From the NCBI GenBank assembly GCA_030390025.1, contig CM059432.1, positions 98,210,001 to 98,274,000 on the forward strand: DNA of 64,000 nt. The letters run 5' to 3'. Source of the stretch: Squalus acanthias (Eukaryota). How positions within the stretch are numbered: the stretch's first letter is position 1; each line of letters starts with the position of its first letter. Position numbers and translations under genes: made by a program. Positions 25,916 through 38,608 of this stretch are shown one piece after another. The notes beneath the pieces were generated by a model. It searched no databases and was not told the origin of the DNA. It saw only the letters and a program-made list of their open reading frames with translations.

Positions 25916-27129
25916 AAAGTGACAGATATTTTACCAACCCAAAGCTCATCCTGGATTCAATGAATAACTATGTACCATGCAGCTAGGTTGTGTTACAACT
26001 ATTTAATGTGAAGCCCTTGGAAGATGTGAGTGTGCTAAGACTTACAGTTGTATACTGCAGTTTAAATGTGCGCCTTCCTGAAGTATGAGTGTGAATTAGA
26101 TACCATGAAAGAGCTGCAAGGTTCTGAGAGAGCTTGGCAAGGTACTTGTAAAATTAAGTGCCAACACACACTTCCATTTGTGTCTGTTTAAAACCTGGAA
26201 ATAACCATTCCAGTCTAAACTGCACCAATATCAGAAACTCTAGGTTATACAAGATGAATACCCAGCAGTTCTCCCTGCTGATGCTGTTTCTCACTGGTAA
26301 TTAGGTAATTGGGTCAGTAGTTCTTTAGTTTCTTCAATTAGTTCTTCACATACTGGCGGCAAGCTTTCAGATGCTTTGATGAGATCCCCTCTGTTCTCAA
26401 CTGATTTTTTCCTGCTTTTATAATACATGATCTTAGAACACTTTTATGAGCAGAGCAATTGCTTATTTTCATTCACTTTGCTCTTTGCAGACACTTTTTC
26501 TGCATATGTTGCATTGACTAATCACATTTACATAACAGGCCAGAACAAAAGTGTTAGTCCAGCAGTGTGCTGCTGCACTGTGCTGACTGAAATTTACCTG
26601 GACACTTGGATTACTCTCGCATAGACACAATGGGCTGAATGGCTTCCTTCAATGCTGTAAACTTCTCTGGCTCCATGATTACTTCCACCTTTTTTCTATT
26701 GGCTTTAGAAGTCCTACTGTGGTGAGTGTATGTCCTATATAACTGACATCTTGTACCTTGTACATATTCAACTTCACATTGTGTTGTTCTCTTATTGATT
26801 CAGGACATTTTCCAGTCTTAGGTCATGTTTCTGTTCATTCTCTCCCCAAATTACAATATAATCCATGATGATTTTTGCTCCTTTATTATCATCTAGCATC
26901 TATGACATTAGGCATTGGAAAGTTTCTGGAGCAGAGGTTATCCCAAAGGGCGATCTGGTAGACACACAGCTGCCAAAAGGAAAAAAGAAAAAGAGGCACA
27001 TACTTTTACAAGACTTCATCAAATTGTAATTTCCAGTAGCCACAATTTGCATCAACTGTGCAAAAGATTTAGTTTTAGATAATCGTGATATTACTTTCTT
27101 TATAGGTTTGTATTGGATAAAATTATTTC

Positions 27130-27950
27130 TATGACGTTATTTAAATCTTTAGGGTTGAAGCAATATTCTAACTCATTCACAGCTTGGCTTGAGTACTTTC
27201 ATCCACCGGCTTGGCTCTTTGGCTTTCTTTTTTATGCTAAGTTTCTCCATTCAATCTAGCTCATCACAGACGTTAACATGAAGTGCGACTAGCACATTCT
27301 TTGTTAGATATATGAGTGGTTGAGGGTCTGACTTTAATCACGTGCTCTTCTGCATCCCAAGTCCTTAAATTCATCAGCATATTTCTCTGACACTTTTAGG
27401 CATTTATTGTTAGTGACTGTATCGATTCTTTAGATCAATTCTAGTTGTTGACATGCTCAACGTCCAAGGACTAGCTGTACTCATTGGTCATTTCTGGACT
27501 TTGGCATTTGTCTTTATAAGCACAGACCATGTTACATTTTCCAACTGTCTCAATGTTTTGGGAGAGTACATCACTCAACTTTGAATCTGTCTTGTTTAGT
27601 TTTGTACTTAGCTTCTTGTAAACAGATTGTGATATGACATTATACTGAGTTCCCATGTCTAGTTTAAACAAACAGTTCTGTCCTTTATTATAAGGTTGAC
27701 TGTCCATTCAACAACATCCCCTGCACAAATCGTAGCCATCAAAAAAAATCAATCTTAATTTCAGACTGCTTTTTCATGAAGTTTTTTCAAATTCTTCGCT
27801 AGTCCAATACGAATGGTTTTACTTTGGCTTTGCCAACATTAACAAAATAGTTTTGATTTTGAAATTGCATAAACATTTGGCCATTCACTGGGCATTTTTT
27901 CTACTTATGTGATTTGTTCTTGACAAGCTAGATCATTTTTTGTGTTTTAT
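27130..27950 (-). pseudogene. Decayed Gypsy-like LTR-retrotransposon pol (protease region)
   Basis: ORF 27471-27707 FKLDMGTQYNVISQSVYKKL resembles the retroviral aspartyl protease motif KLDTGAxxNV. Confidence 0.6.
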
Positions 27951-27962
27951 TATATGACGTGA

Positions 27963-28180
27963 CACGTGCTGTTGCCTCCCAAATCTGTGCCCATCTTTCC
28001 CGGAACTCCATGTTTGAATTCCTCCAATCAGGTTGCTGCCCATGCCACAGTACCGAAACGGCTCTTATCAAAGTGACAAATTACATCCTATATGACTGTG
28101 ACCGTGGTAAACTATCCCTCCTCATCCTTCTCGACCTGTCTGCAGCCTTTGACACAGTTGACCACACCATCCTCCTCCAA
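27963..28180 (+). mobile_element. L2 LINE RT fragment
   Basis: [12 protein letters not shown]...[13 protein letters not shown]. Confidence 0.88.
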
Positions 28181-28182
28181 CG

Positions 28183-29845
28183 AACATAGGAACAGGAGTA
28201 GGCCATTTAGCCCTTCGAGCCTGTTCTGCCATTCAATGAGATCACGGCTGATCTGCGATCTAACTCCATATACCCGCCTTTGGCCCATATCCCTTAATAC
28301 CTTTGGTTAACAAAAATCTATCAATCTCAGATTTAAAATTAACAATTGATCGAGCATCGATTGCCATTTGGGGAAGAGAGTTCCAAACTTCTACCACCCT
28401 TTGTGTGTAGAAGTGTTTCCTAATTTCACTCCTGAAAGGTCTGGCCCTAATTCTTAGACTATGCCCCTAGTCCTAGAATTGCCAACCAGCAGAAATAGTT
28501 TTCTACCCTATCTGTTCCCCTTAATATCTTGAAAACTTTGATCAAATCACATTTAACATTCTAAATTCTAGGGAATACAACCCTAATTTGTGTAATCTCA
28601 TCTCGAAATTTAACCCTTGGAGTCCGGATATCAGACTGGTAAATCTACACTGCACTCCCTCCAAGGCCAATATGTCCTGCCCAAGGTGTGGTGACCAGAA
28701 TTGCTCCCAGTATTCCAGGTGTGGTCTAACCAGGGCTTTGTATAGCTGTAGCATAACTTCTGCCCCCTTGTATTCTAGTCCTATAGATATAAAGGCTAGC
28801 ATTCCATTAACCTTTTTGATTATTTTCTGCACCTGTTCATGATATCTTAATGATCTATGTACCTGGACCCCCAAGTCTCTTTGGACCTACACTGTTTTTA
28901 GCCTTACACTATTTAGGAAGTACCCTGTTCTATCCTTTTTAGGTCCAAAGTGGATGACCTCACATTTGCCTACATTGAAATCCATTTGCCACAATTTTGC
29001 CCATTCACTTAATCTATCAATATCCCTTTGTAATTTTATGCTTTCATCTACACTGCCTACAATGCCACCTATCTTTGTGTCATCGGCAAATTTGGATATA
29101 TGACTTTCTATGCCATCATCTAAGTCATTAATAAATACTGTGAATAGTTGAGGCCCCAACACAGATCCCTGCGGGACACCACTATTCACATCCTGCCAAT
29201 TAGAGTACCTGCCCATTATCCCTACTCTCTGTCTCCTGTCGCTCAGCCAATTTCCTAACCAGGTCAACAATTTGCCTTCAATTCCATGGGCTTCAACCTT
29301 AGTTAACAGTCTCTTATGAGGGACTTTATCAAATGCCTTCTAGAAGTCCATATAAATAACATACATAGACATTCCCCTGTCCACTACTTTAGTCATCTCT
29401 TCAAAAAATTTAATCAGCTTTGTCAGGCATGACCTACCTTTCACAAATCCATGCTGGCTCTCTCTGATCAACTGAAAATTTTCGAGGTGTTCAGTCACCC
29501 TATCCTTAATTATAGACTCTAGTAATTTCCCGATAACAGATGTTAGGCTAACTGGTCTATAATTCCCTGGTTTCCCTCTCTCGCCTTTCTTAAATAGCGG
29601 AGTGACGTGCAATTTTCCAATCTAAAGGAACGGTTCCTGAATCGAGAGAACTTTGGGAGATTATAGTTAGGGCATCTGCAATGTGCTCACCTACTTCCTT
29701 TAAAACCCTGGGATGAAAACCATCTGGTCCTGGGGATTTGTCACTCTTTAGTGCCATTATTTTCTTCATTACTGTTATTTTGCTTACATTAATTTTATTG
29801 AGTCCCTGTGCCTGATTCAATATTAGTTTCCTTGGGATTTCCGGG
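28183..29845 (-). mobile_element. CR1 LINE, 5'-truncated RT to 3' end
   Basis: KSPGPDG, NYRPVSLTS, GVPQGSVLGP, FADD, LVRPHLEY; CR1 tail at 28183-28260. Confidence 0.93.
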
Positions 29846-30067
29846 CCCCTTGATGCCACACTCGGTCAAATGCATTATGCAGCCAATGCTAACCGCCCTG
29901 TTCATTGGCTGCACACATAAGACCAAAATCGTGAAAGGTTAGCACCAATTAAAGCTAGCCTGCACTACTAAAGCCAGCTTGCACCGCTAAAAGGGGAGGT
30001 GCATTTTGGCTGGAGCAGGTGGTGGAAGTCATTGTACAACTGATTTTGACCTGGGAAACTTACAATA

Positions 30068-31929
30068 ATGGCATAACACGGCAGGGAGTGGGCTCCAAGT
30101 TTTGCTCTCGTTGCGCTGGAGGCCTCGGTGGAGGAGGTGGAAATGAGGGGAGATGTGTTGCATTAACAGGGAGCCAGGAGGTCCTCCAGACAAACGCTCA
30201 GAAGGCAGTGGGAGCAGATAGCCCTGGCGGTCAATGCCTGGAGTCAGGCCCTGAGGACCTGGATGCAGTGTCACAAAAATTCAATGATCTCACACAATTG
30301 GTCAAGGTCAGTGAATTCATCTTCAAATGCCATATCCCATCAACTGCACCACTGGCCTCAGCAACTGCTTAATGCACAACACCCCTATCAATCACCTACC
30401 AACAATTTCCATCAACCAGGACTGATATCTACCATTCATAGCTTCACCTCACCCTCACAGACTTAGCACTGCTGCAAGCCCCACACCCACATCTCACAGC
30501 TTGCAAATATTGTCAGCTATTCAACCATGACAGCCACATCACCCAAACAGATTCCATGACAATCAATAACACAATTCCCTCTCTCTCTTGCAGGAAAAGA
30601 AGGCACACAACCGGAGGCAGCAGGATCTAACTGGCGGGGGACAGTCGCAGCTACATGTTCTTGCCCCCATGGAGTAGACAGTGCTCGCTATTATTGGAAC
30701 GGCCATTGCTGAGTCCGTGGCCAGCAGCATGGCCGAAACCATAGAAGATGACGGTATCCTCATACCTAATCTTCCTTATCACATCCCACTTCCCCCCTCA
30801 TCCCTCAATCTCTTCTGATTTACAAGTTGAAGATGGTGTAAACATGCACCACTTGCATTTGCACCCTCCCCTCACCACAACCCTACCCTTGTGCCTTTCT
30901 CCTTTCAGATAGCCAAGAAATGCAACCTGGCCAGGCAGTGGTGGAAGACCAGCAGGTGGAAGAGCAACAAGACAGTGATGATGAAGAAATGCCATCACTT
31001 GATTTCATATTCGCAGATACTGATACTGCGCATAATTTAGAGGATAGCATAAAGACAGGATCTGCACATAGTGAGACACCAGGCAGAAGTGGCCTACAGC
31101 CACGGCAGGGGGCAAGAATAGCGCAGGTGCCAGCTCCCCGGAGGGCGAGGTCACACACGAGTTCTGCTGCAGAGGACTCAGATGAGGACCTCGATGGGGT
31201 GGCCTACAGAAGAATGTTGATTGGTATGTACAATGAAATGCTTGGTGCATTGGGAGTCTGCCAGAAAGCCTGAGTGCAATGTCAAGGAGCATGGAGGAGT
31301 CGGGCACCAATTTGGCACAGGGCTTTGTGCAGAGCTTGGAGCCCATCATTTCCAGCATGGAAGTGATTCCCAACTTGATTGGCACACTTGTGGACCCAAC
31401 CAAGATGCAGCGTCTGATGGCCGATGTCTCAGCTTCCATTGTAGCACAAGCAGAAGCAACCAAACATCTGAGTGCTGCAGTGGAAGTACAGACTGCTGCC
31501 ACCATGGCTTTGGATTCCAGTGTTCAAAGGGCTTGCAGGGTGTCCTCCAACAGATTACTAGGATTGCTGAAGCGCCACCAAGGGGGAGTGGGTAGTGGCT
31601 CCGTGGAGCATGAACCTGCTACCCCCTCTCAGGATGATGGCATTCGTCCACCCACCACTGCCACTCCGCCAGTGCCCTTGCTGTTGCCTGTCAGCCAGCT
31701 AGCCCAGACTGCTGCTGCCCATGCCAAGATGGTACAGTCCGCAGCCAGGCCTTCTAGGCCCAGAGCTGCTCAATGTCATCCTGCAAGGCCATCTGAAGTC
31801 TCCTTCACTGAAAGTCAGCAGCCTTCCACCAGCCATGCTCCAGCCATTGGGGTAACACTGTGTAGGAGCTCTAGGACAACCAAAAGTACACGGAAGACAG
31901 GCACTAAGGGAATGCACAAGGGTGATTAG
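30068..31929 (+). pseudogene. Harbinger Myb/SANT-like gene (family C), three exons: 30068-30306, 30594-30753, 30909-31929
   Basis: WEQIALAVNA...RTWMQC..K.FNDLTQLVK|GTCAGT; exon 2 KAHNRRQQDLTGGG; GT-AG boundaries; internal stops and frameshifts. Confidence 0.82.
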
Positions 31930-32016
31930 TTTACATTTGTATGTAATGTGACATGATTTTATTTACAAATTTGTTTTGGAATCTTTAGTTTGTGTTGGCT
32001 TTTATTTTTGTATTGT

Positions 32017-33023
32017 ATTGTCGAATTACAGTATGCAGACGACGCTTGCGTCTGTGCTCACTCGGAGGTCGAACTCCAAACCATCGTCAACACCTTCACC
32101 GAAGCATACGAGAGCATGGGCCTTACACTAATCATCCGTAAGACAAAGGTCCTCTACCAACCTGCCCCCACCATGCAGTACTGCCCCCCAATTATCAAAA
32201 TCCACGACAAGGCCTTGGACAACGTGGACCACTTTCCATACCTCAGGAGCCTACTGTCAACAAGGGCAGATGTCGATGACGAAGTCCAACACCGCCTTCA
32301 GTGTGCCAGTGCAGCCTTCGTTCGCCTGAGGAAGAGAGTGTTTGAAGACCTCAAACCTGGCACTAACCTCATGGTCTACAGAACAGCAGTGATACCCGCC
32401 CTGCTGTATGCCTCAGAGACATGGACCATGTACAGCAGGCACCTCAAAGCACTGGAGAGGTACCACCAACGCTGCCTCCGCAAGATCCTGCAAATCCATT
32501 AGCAGGATAAACTCACAAACGTCAGTGTTCTCGCTCAGGCCAACAACCCCAGCATCGAAGCTTTGACCACGCTCGATCAGCTCCGATGGACGGGTCACAT
32601 TGTCCGCATGCCCGATACGAGACTCCCAAAACAAGCACTCTACTCGGAGCTCCGGCACAGCAAGAGAGCCCCAGGTGGGCAGAGGAAATGCTTCAAGGAG
32701 ACCCTCAAAGCCTCCTTGAAAAAGTGTAACATCCCCACCAACATCTGGGAATCCCTGGCCCAAGACCGCACAAAGTGGTGGAGGAGAAGCATCCGGGAAG
32801 GCGCCAAACACCTCGAGTCTCTTCGCCGGGAGCAAGCGGAAGCCAAGCGCAGGCAGCGCAAGGAGCGCACGTCAACCCAAGCACCCCACCCACCCGCCCC
32901 TTCAACCACTATCTGCCCCACCTGTGACAGAGACTGTGGGTCCCGCATTGGACTCATCAGTCACCTGAGAACTAATTTTTAATGTGGAAGCAAGTCATCC
33001 TCAGCTCCGAGGGACTGCCTAAG
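32017..33023 (+). mobile_element. RTE-clade LINE, 5'-truncated
   Basis: ELQYADD, LLYASETW, QLRWTGHIVRM, C-terminal CPTCDRDCGSRIGLISHLRT zinc finger; 3' end GAAGCAAGTCATCCTC...GGGACTGCCTAAGA. Confidence 0.9.
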
Positions 33024-33072
33024 ATTGTGGCCAAGCGGATACTGTGACTGTCAGTGACAGAGGGAAGGTAAG

Positions 33073-34731
33073 AGGCTGGATTTTCTCAGTGATGTCGGGA
33101 TGGTGGCGGGATAGCTGGTTGCCGGGTTCTGGTCCAGCTCCCGGCTGCAGCCGCTCTGTCAAAGGGATTTTCCCTTGATTGGCCTTGTTAAGCCCGCCCT
33201 GCGAGCTTCCCGGCCAATTAACAGGAAGTGGGTCTGATGATGTAATTTGATGACGCTTCATCAGCCGGTTTCCTTAAAGGAACCACGGCCACATTGAGTT
33301 TGACAGTTGTTCTGTCAGTGTTTGACAGCATTGAGGTGCTGCAAACACTGACAAGCACTGCTTATGGAGGGAGTCAAAGCACGCAGGGAGGTTCTCTTCC
33401 CTTCCAAGGCGGAGTAGACCTCCCTAGGACACCAATGCAGCCTGGTTGCACATTGCACAGGAGGGCAAAAGCAGGGATGTCGTCAGGAGTCCCTGGCTGC
33501 AGTGACGCCAACCTTTCAATGATCTCAGTGGATCACAAAACGTTACTGTAAAGCCACACTTAAACTCACCCTGCTGTGCCACTCAACACATCCCCATCAC
33601 GCTGCCTTCCATACCCTTCTCTTGCACATCCTTACTGACACCAACTTACCTTGCACCTCCACCCATCCCTCTCTATCTTCATTATCACTTCCACATCTCA
33701 CTAGCCAACCCTCACACTCACCCTCATCCTACTGCAAGCATACCAACTAACAACACATAAGTGTAGGCACTTGAGAGGTTTAGCCAATGTCCATGTGAAG
33801 TTTCTGGTAATGTGGTGTCATACAGTGAAATCTACATTTTCAACACTGCCCCTTATTGGACAGATCTGTGCGCACCTTGAGAAGTATTCTTACTGAGTTC
33901 CAGTGAATGTTGAGACATAACTTCCCCCCGCCCCCCGCTATAGTGATGAGTGTGAATGGAATGGCTTGGACATTAAAGGGATGCTTCAAGGTGCTGGTGT
34001 GGGATGGTGTCAACCTGGCACATCATGTGACAGCCAGGGTTTACAGCATCAGGTGAAGTTAATCTGGCCATGGTGATGCCGTTGCTGGCCTCCCGGACAG
34101 CAACATTGTTCAGGGGTTGATGACCTGTGTCCAGTGCAGCATCAGGTGATGGCGGAGATGGTTGGTGTTGTTGTTGGTGCTGCTGGTGTGCCTGGTGATG
34201 TTGGTGTTGTGGCTGAGCATGGAAGGATTCGGAGGACCAAGGTCTGATTGTTTCATTGGCACCGATGTTGCTGCAATAGAGGCAGCTGCAGGTGCGATGA
34301 CGGAAGCAATCTGTCAATGGTGTGAGAGGTTGTTTCAATGAGGTGGCTCTGGACATACATTTGGCTCTAAACACTTGCAAGCTAAATAAATCAGTTTCTG
34401 CGCTCTGAAACTGACCATCTGCAACATGGCATCCATTACACCACTTCTGCAGCTGTCAGCTTAGCAGATACATCAAAGCATCAGGTAACCCATGGGGGAG
34501 CATCTAAAATTGGAAGGAAGCCTTAAAAACCATTAAATTGGCTGTTAACAAGCCATTTAATGAGTTCAATTGTCTCCCCCGCTGCTTGGTGTCGAGTCAG
34601 TTCTCCACTGACAGTCCCGACACCTGGGAGACTCGCGTGGAGGCGGGTTGACAGCGGGTTTCCTACCCTCTGTCAATCTTTGCTACTTTTGACAGCGGAC
34701 CTGCCCTCTGAGCGCCGGCAAAATCAAGTCC
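33073..34731. mobile_element. Non-autonomous Harbinger family B (long form), inverted relative to 24195-25915
   Basis: Ends GGCTGGATTTT / CCGGCAAAATCAAGTCC with an AAG/AAG duplication; colinear reverse-complement similarity to 24195-25915. Confidence 0.82.
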
Positions 34732-34790
34732 AAGGTGTGAGACTGTTGGTGATGGGGAATTGGGGTTGCGTTTACTGGTGTCACACTTCA

Positions 34791-36787
34791 GCAACAACAA
34801 CTTGTATTTATATAGCACCATTAACGTAGTAAAACGTCCCAAGGCGCTTCACAGGAGTATTATAAGACAAACATTTTGACACCAAGCCACATAGGGAGAA
34901 ATTAGGGCAGGTGACCTAAAGCTTAGTCAAAGAGGTAGGTTTTAAGGAATGTATTAAAGGAGGAAAGAGAGGTAGCGAAGCGGAGAGGTTTAGGCAGGGA
35001 ATTCCAGAGCTTAGGGCCTAGGCAACAGAAGGCACGGCCACCAATGGTTGAGCGATTATAATCAGTGCTGTTCAAGAGGGCAGAATTAGAGGAGCGCAGA
35101 TATATCAGGTGGTTGTGGGGCTGAAGGACATTACAGAGATAGGGAGGGGTGAGGCCATGGAGCGATTTGAAAACAAGGATGAGAATTTTGAAATCGAAGC
35201 GCTGCTTAACCGGGAGCCAATGTAGGTCAGCGAGCACAGGGGGGATGGGCGAACGGGACTTGGTGTGAGTTAGGACATGGGCAGCTGAGTTTTGGATGAC
35301 CTCAAGTTTACGTAGGGTGGAATGTGGGAGGCCAGCCAGCAGTGCATTGGAATAGTCAAGTCTCGATGTAACAAAGGCATGGATGAGGGTTTCAGCAGCG
35401 GATGAGCTGAGGCATGGCAGAGACGGGCGATGTTACGGAGGTGGAAGTAGGCGGTCTTTGTTATGCTGCAGCTATGTGGTCGGAAGCTCATTTCAGGGTC
35501 AAATATGACACCAAGGTTGCGAACAGTGTGGTTCAGCCTCAGACAGATGTTAGGGAGAGGGATGGAGTCAGTGGCTAGGGAACGGAGTTCGTGGCGGGGA
35601 CCGAAAACAATGGCTTCAGTCTTCCCAATATTTAATTGGAGAAAATTTCTGCTCATCCAGAACTGTATGTCAGACAAGCAGTCTGACAACTTAGAGACTG
35701 TGGAGGGGTCGAGAGAAGAGGTAGTGAGGTAGAGCTGGGTGTCGTCAGCGTAAATGTGGAAACTGATGCTGTGTTTTCGGATGATGTCGCCCAAGTTTAC
35801 CTTTGTCACAGTCACAAAGGATGTCATTTGTGACTTTGATGAGAGCCGTTTCGGTACTGTGGCAAGGGCGGAAACCTGATTGGAGGGATTTAAACATGGA
35901 ATTGCGGGAACGATGGATACGGATTTGGGAGGTGACAACACGTTCAAGGACTTTGGAGAGGAAAGGGAGGTTGGAGATGGGGCTATAGTTTGCAAGGATG
36001 GAGGGATCAAGGGTTGGTTTTTTGAGGAGAGGGGTGATGACGGCAGATTTGAGGGAGAGGGGGACAGTACCTGAGGAGAGAGAACCGTTAACAATGTCAG
36101 CTAACAAGAGAGCCAGAAAAGGAAGTTTGGTGGTCAACAGTTTGGTGGGAATCGGGTCGAGGGAGCAGGAGGTGGGTCTGATGGACAAGATGAGAGCGGA
36201 GAAGTCATGAGGGGAGATCGGAGAGAAATTGGAGAAAGATGTGAGTTCAGGGCTAGGGCAGGGGGGAACCTTAGAGGAAGTTTGGCCTGTTGGGCTAGGG
36301 AAAGGAAGGGAAGTGGCAAATGCAGCTGAACGGATGGTCTCAATCTTGGAGACAAAGAAGTCCATGAGCTCCTCACACTTGTTATCGGAGGTGAGGGTGG
36401 AGGAGATGGGGAGAGGAGTTTAAGAAGACGGTTAGCAGTAGAGAATAGGAGCGGGGTTTATCTTTGCATTCCAGAATGATTCTGGAATAGTGAGCAATTT
36501 TAGCAGACGAGAGCAGGGCCCGATATTGCTTTATGCGGTCCAGCCAGATCTGGCGGTGAATGGCTAAACCAGTTGTCCGCCATATCCGTTCAAGTCTGCG
36601 TCCCTTGGATTTAAGGGGGTGACGATGTGGGCCATACCACGGGGAATGACCAGGGTAAGATAGAGTAATTGTTTTAGTAGGGACTAGGGCATCAAAGGTG
36701 GTGGTGAGGGTGTGGTTGAGCAGATCGGTAGCTGCAGAAATGTCATGGTGAATGGAGGGCCAAAGGCTGGACAGTTGGGATTTCATA
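34791..36787 (-). mobile_element. L2 LINE, 3' part (RT to tail), with an internal deletion
   Basis: ORFs 35745-36365, 35270-36094 (YADDTQLY), 34923-35237 (LHWLPV); (CAA)n tail at ~34791. Confidence 0.92.
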
Positions 36788-36798
36788 AGCGCAGATTG

Positions 36799-37033
36799 TG
36801 ACGTCATACGAGAGTGCAACGCCCTTGTGGCGCCCCGGAGCAGAATTTCAGTGGCGCCCCCATCCTTACCGCCTGGCGCATCCAACGACCGGAAGAGTGG
36901 AACGCTAACAATCGCTGTGGGGCTGGGGGGGGTGCTATTTAAAGGGGGCCTCTTCCTGTCTTTCTCTGTGGTTGACATTTTTGCACCACTCGTTCTGAGA
37001 GAGAGAGAGAGATTCGGAGAGAGAGAAAGAGAG
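36799..37033 (+). promoter_or_regulatory. Putative transposase promoter: CRE-like TGACGTCA, TATA-like TATTTAAA, (GA)n tract
   Basis: TGACGTCA ~36799, GCTATTTAAAGG ~36934, GA repeat ~36997-37033; same arrangement at 940-1177 (-) and 22867-23080. Confidence 0.5.
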
Positions 37034-37136
37034 ACTTCTGCATTGAGTCAACGCTGTGTGAGGTAGTTTTGGCTACTCATCCTAACTTCGCTGGAACTTT
37101 GTTTTCTGGCCTTCATAACTTTGCTTGCTAAGAGAT

Positions 37137-38167
37137 ATGGGGGCTGCACTGATGGGGGGCGTCGTCCTGCACCAGCTGAATCGGAGGAGACAGAGACGCA
37201 GAGAGAGAGTGGCAATGATGGCCAGACGGAGGAGGGCCAACAGGCGTCTGTACAGGAGAGCTTACCCTCCCAGGGTATATCGTGAACAGCTCTCCTACAT
37301 TCATATGTCTGATGAGCAGTGTCTGCGAAGGCTGCGCTTCAGCAAGGAGGTGGTCACTGAGCTCTGCCACCTGCTGCAGCCAAATCTGCAGCCTCAACTG
37401 AGGTCCAGGATGTCTCTGTCGGTGGCAGTGAAGGTCACAGTGGCTCTGAACTTTTATGCTACTGGCTCATTTCAATCTGCTGTTGGGGACATCGCCAATA
37501 TCTCCCAGTTCGCGGTGCATTGCTGCATCAGGAAGGTCACAAATGCCCTCTTTAAAAGGAGACGAGAGTTCATCTCTTTCCCCATGACCCCAGACAAGCA
37601 GCAAGAACGCGCTGTGGGCTTTGCGAGGATAGCGGGCTTCCCCATGGTGCAGGGCGCCATTGACTGCATGCATGTGGCTTTGCGTGCTCCGCATGAGAAT
37701 GCCGAGGATTTCCGGAACAGAAAGGGGTTCCATTCCTTGAATGTTCAGTTGGTCTGTGACCACAGACAGCTGATACTCGCTGTCAATGCCCACTATCCTG
37801 GCAGCTGCCACGATGCTTTCATCCTGCGGCAGACTACTGTGGCAGAACTTTTCGAGGCACCGCATCAGCCAGTTGGTTGGCTTCTCGGGGACAAGGGGTA
37901 TCCACTGAGCGCCTGGCTGATGACACCGCTCCGTACGCCCAACACCCCTGCTGAGCTGTGGTACAACGAGAGCCATCAAGCTACCAGGAACATCGTGGAG
38001 CACACAATCGGCGTGCTCAAGCAACGGTTCCGCTGTCTCGACCATTCTGGAGGAGCCCTGCAGTACTCGCCTGAGCGAGTTTCCAACATCGTAGTTGTGT
38101 GCTGCATGCTGCATAACATGGCAATCCTCAGGACCCAGCCAATGCCACCAGGCCTTGGAGCACCACC

Positions 38168-38198
<31 letters not shown>

Positions 38199-38297
38199 GA
38201 GGAGGATGATCAGCAGCAGCACCAAGGCGTGAGGGCGGCCCACAATGGTGAAACTGCAAGGGCCGTCCGTCAGCGGCTGATAGCAAGCCGCTTCTAG
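37137..38297 (+). CDS. Harbinger (HARBI1-like) DDE transposase, complete ORF of 386 aa
   Basis: Uninterrupted ORF with GAIDCMH, NRKGFHSLNVQLVCD, YPGSCHDAFIL, LLGDKGY, RNIVEHTIGVLKQRFRCL, CCMLHN and a C-terminal poly-Glu tract. Confidence 0.95.
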
Positions 38298-38608
38298 GCT
38301 CCTGCTGTGGAAATGGCTTCTGCCATTGAGAACAGCATGAATGAACCCAACACGCAACCCCTAAGCCGGCCAAGGCACCAATGATTCCAAACACCAAACA
38401 TGTATATTTTGAGTACCAAAACTTATTTATTTTACAAACTCTGTGTGTGTCATTTCTTCATGAGAAACTCATACAAATAAACACAAAAAAACAGTCATTA
38501 CCATAACTGGTTCTCACAACCTGGAGATCATGTGCAAAACACTCAACAAAAGTTTGACCACGAACCTCGGCCTTTAATAAAAAAATGACCAGCATTTTGT
38601 CACAGCTC

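Noticed and set aside
36382..36978. 198-aa ORF
   Set aside because: Artefact spanning the Harbinger/L2 deletion junction
37137..38297. Domesticated host gene HARBI1
   Set aside because: Multicopy, TIR-flanked, paired with a Myb gene and inserted in an L2, so it is a transposon and no gene symbol is given
37467..38357. 296-aa antisense ORF, echoed at 108-506 and 63641-63949
   Set aside because: Shadow frame of the GC-rich transposase; broken at different points in the other copies; no recognisable domain
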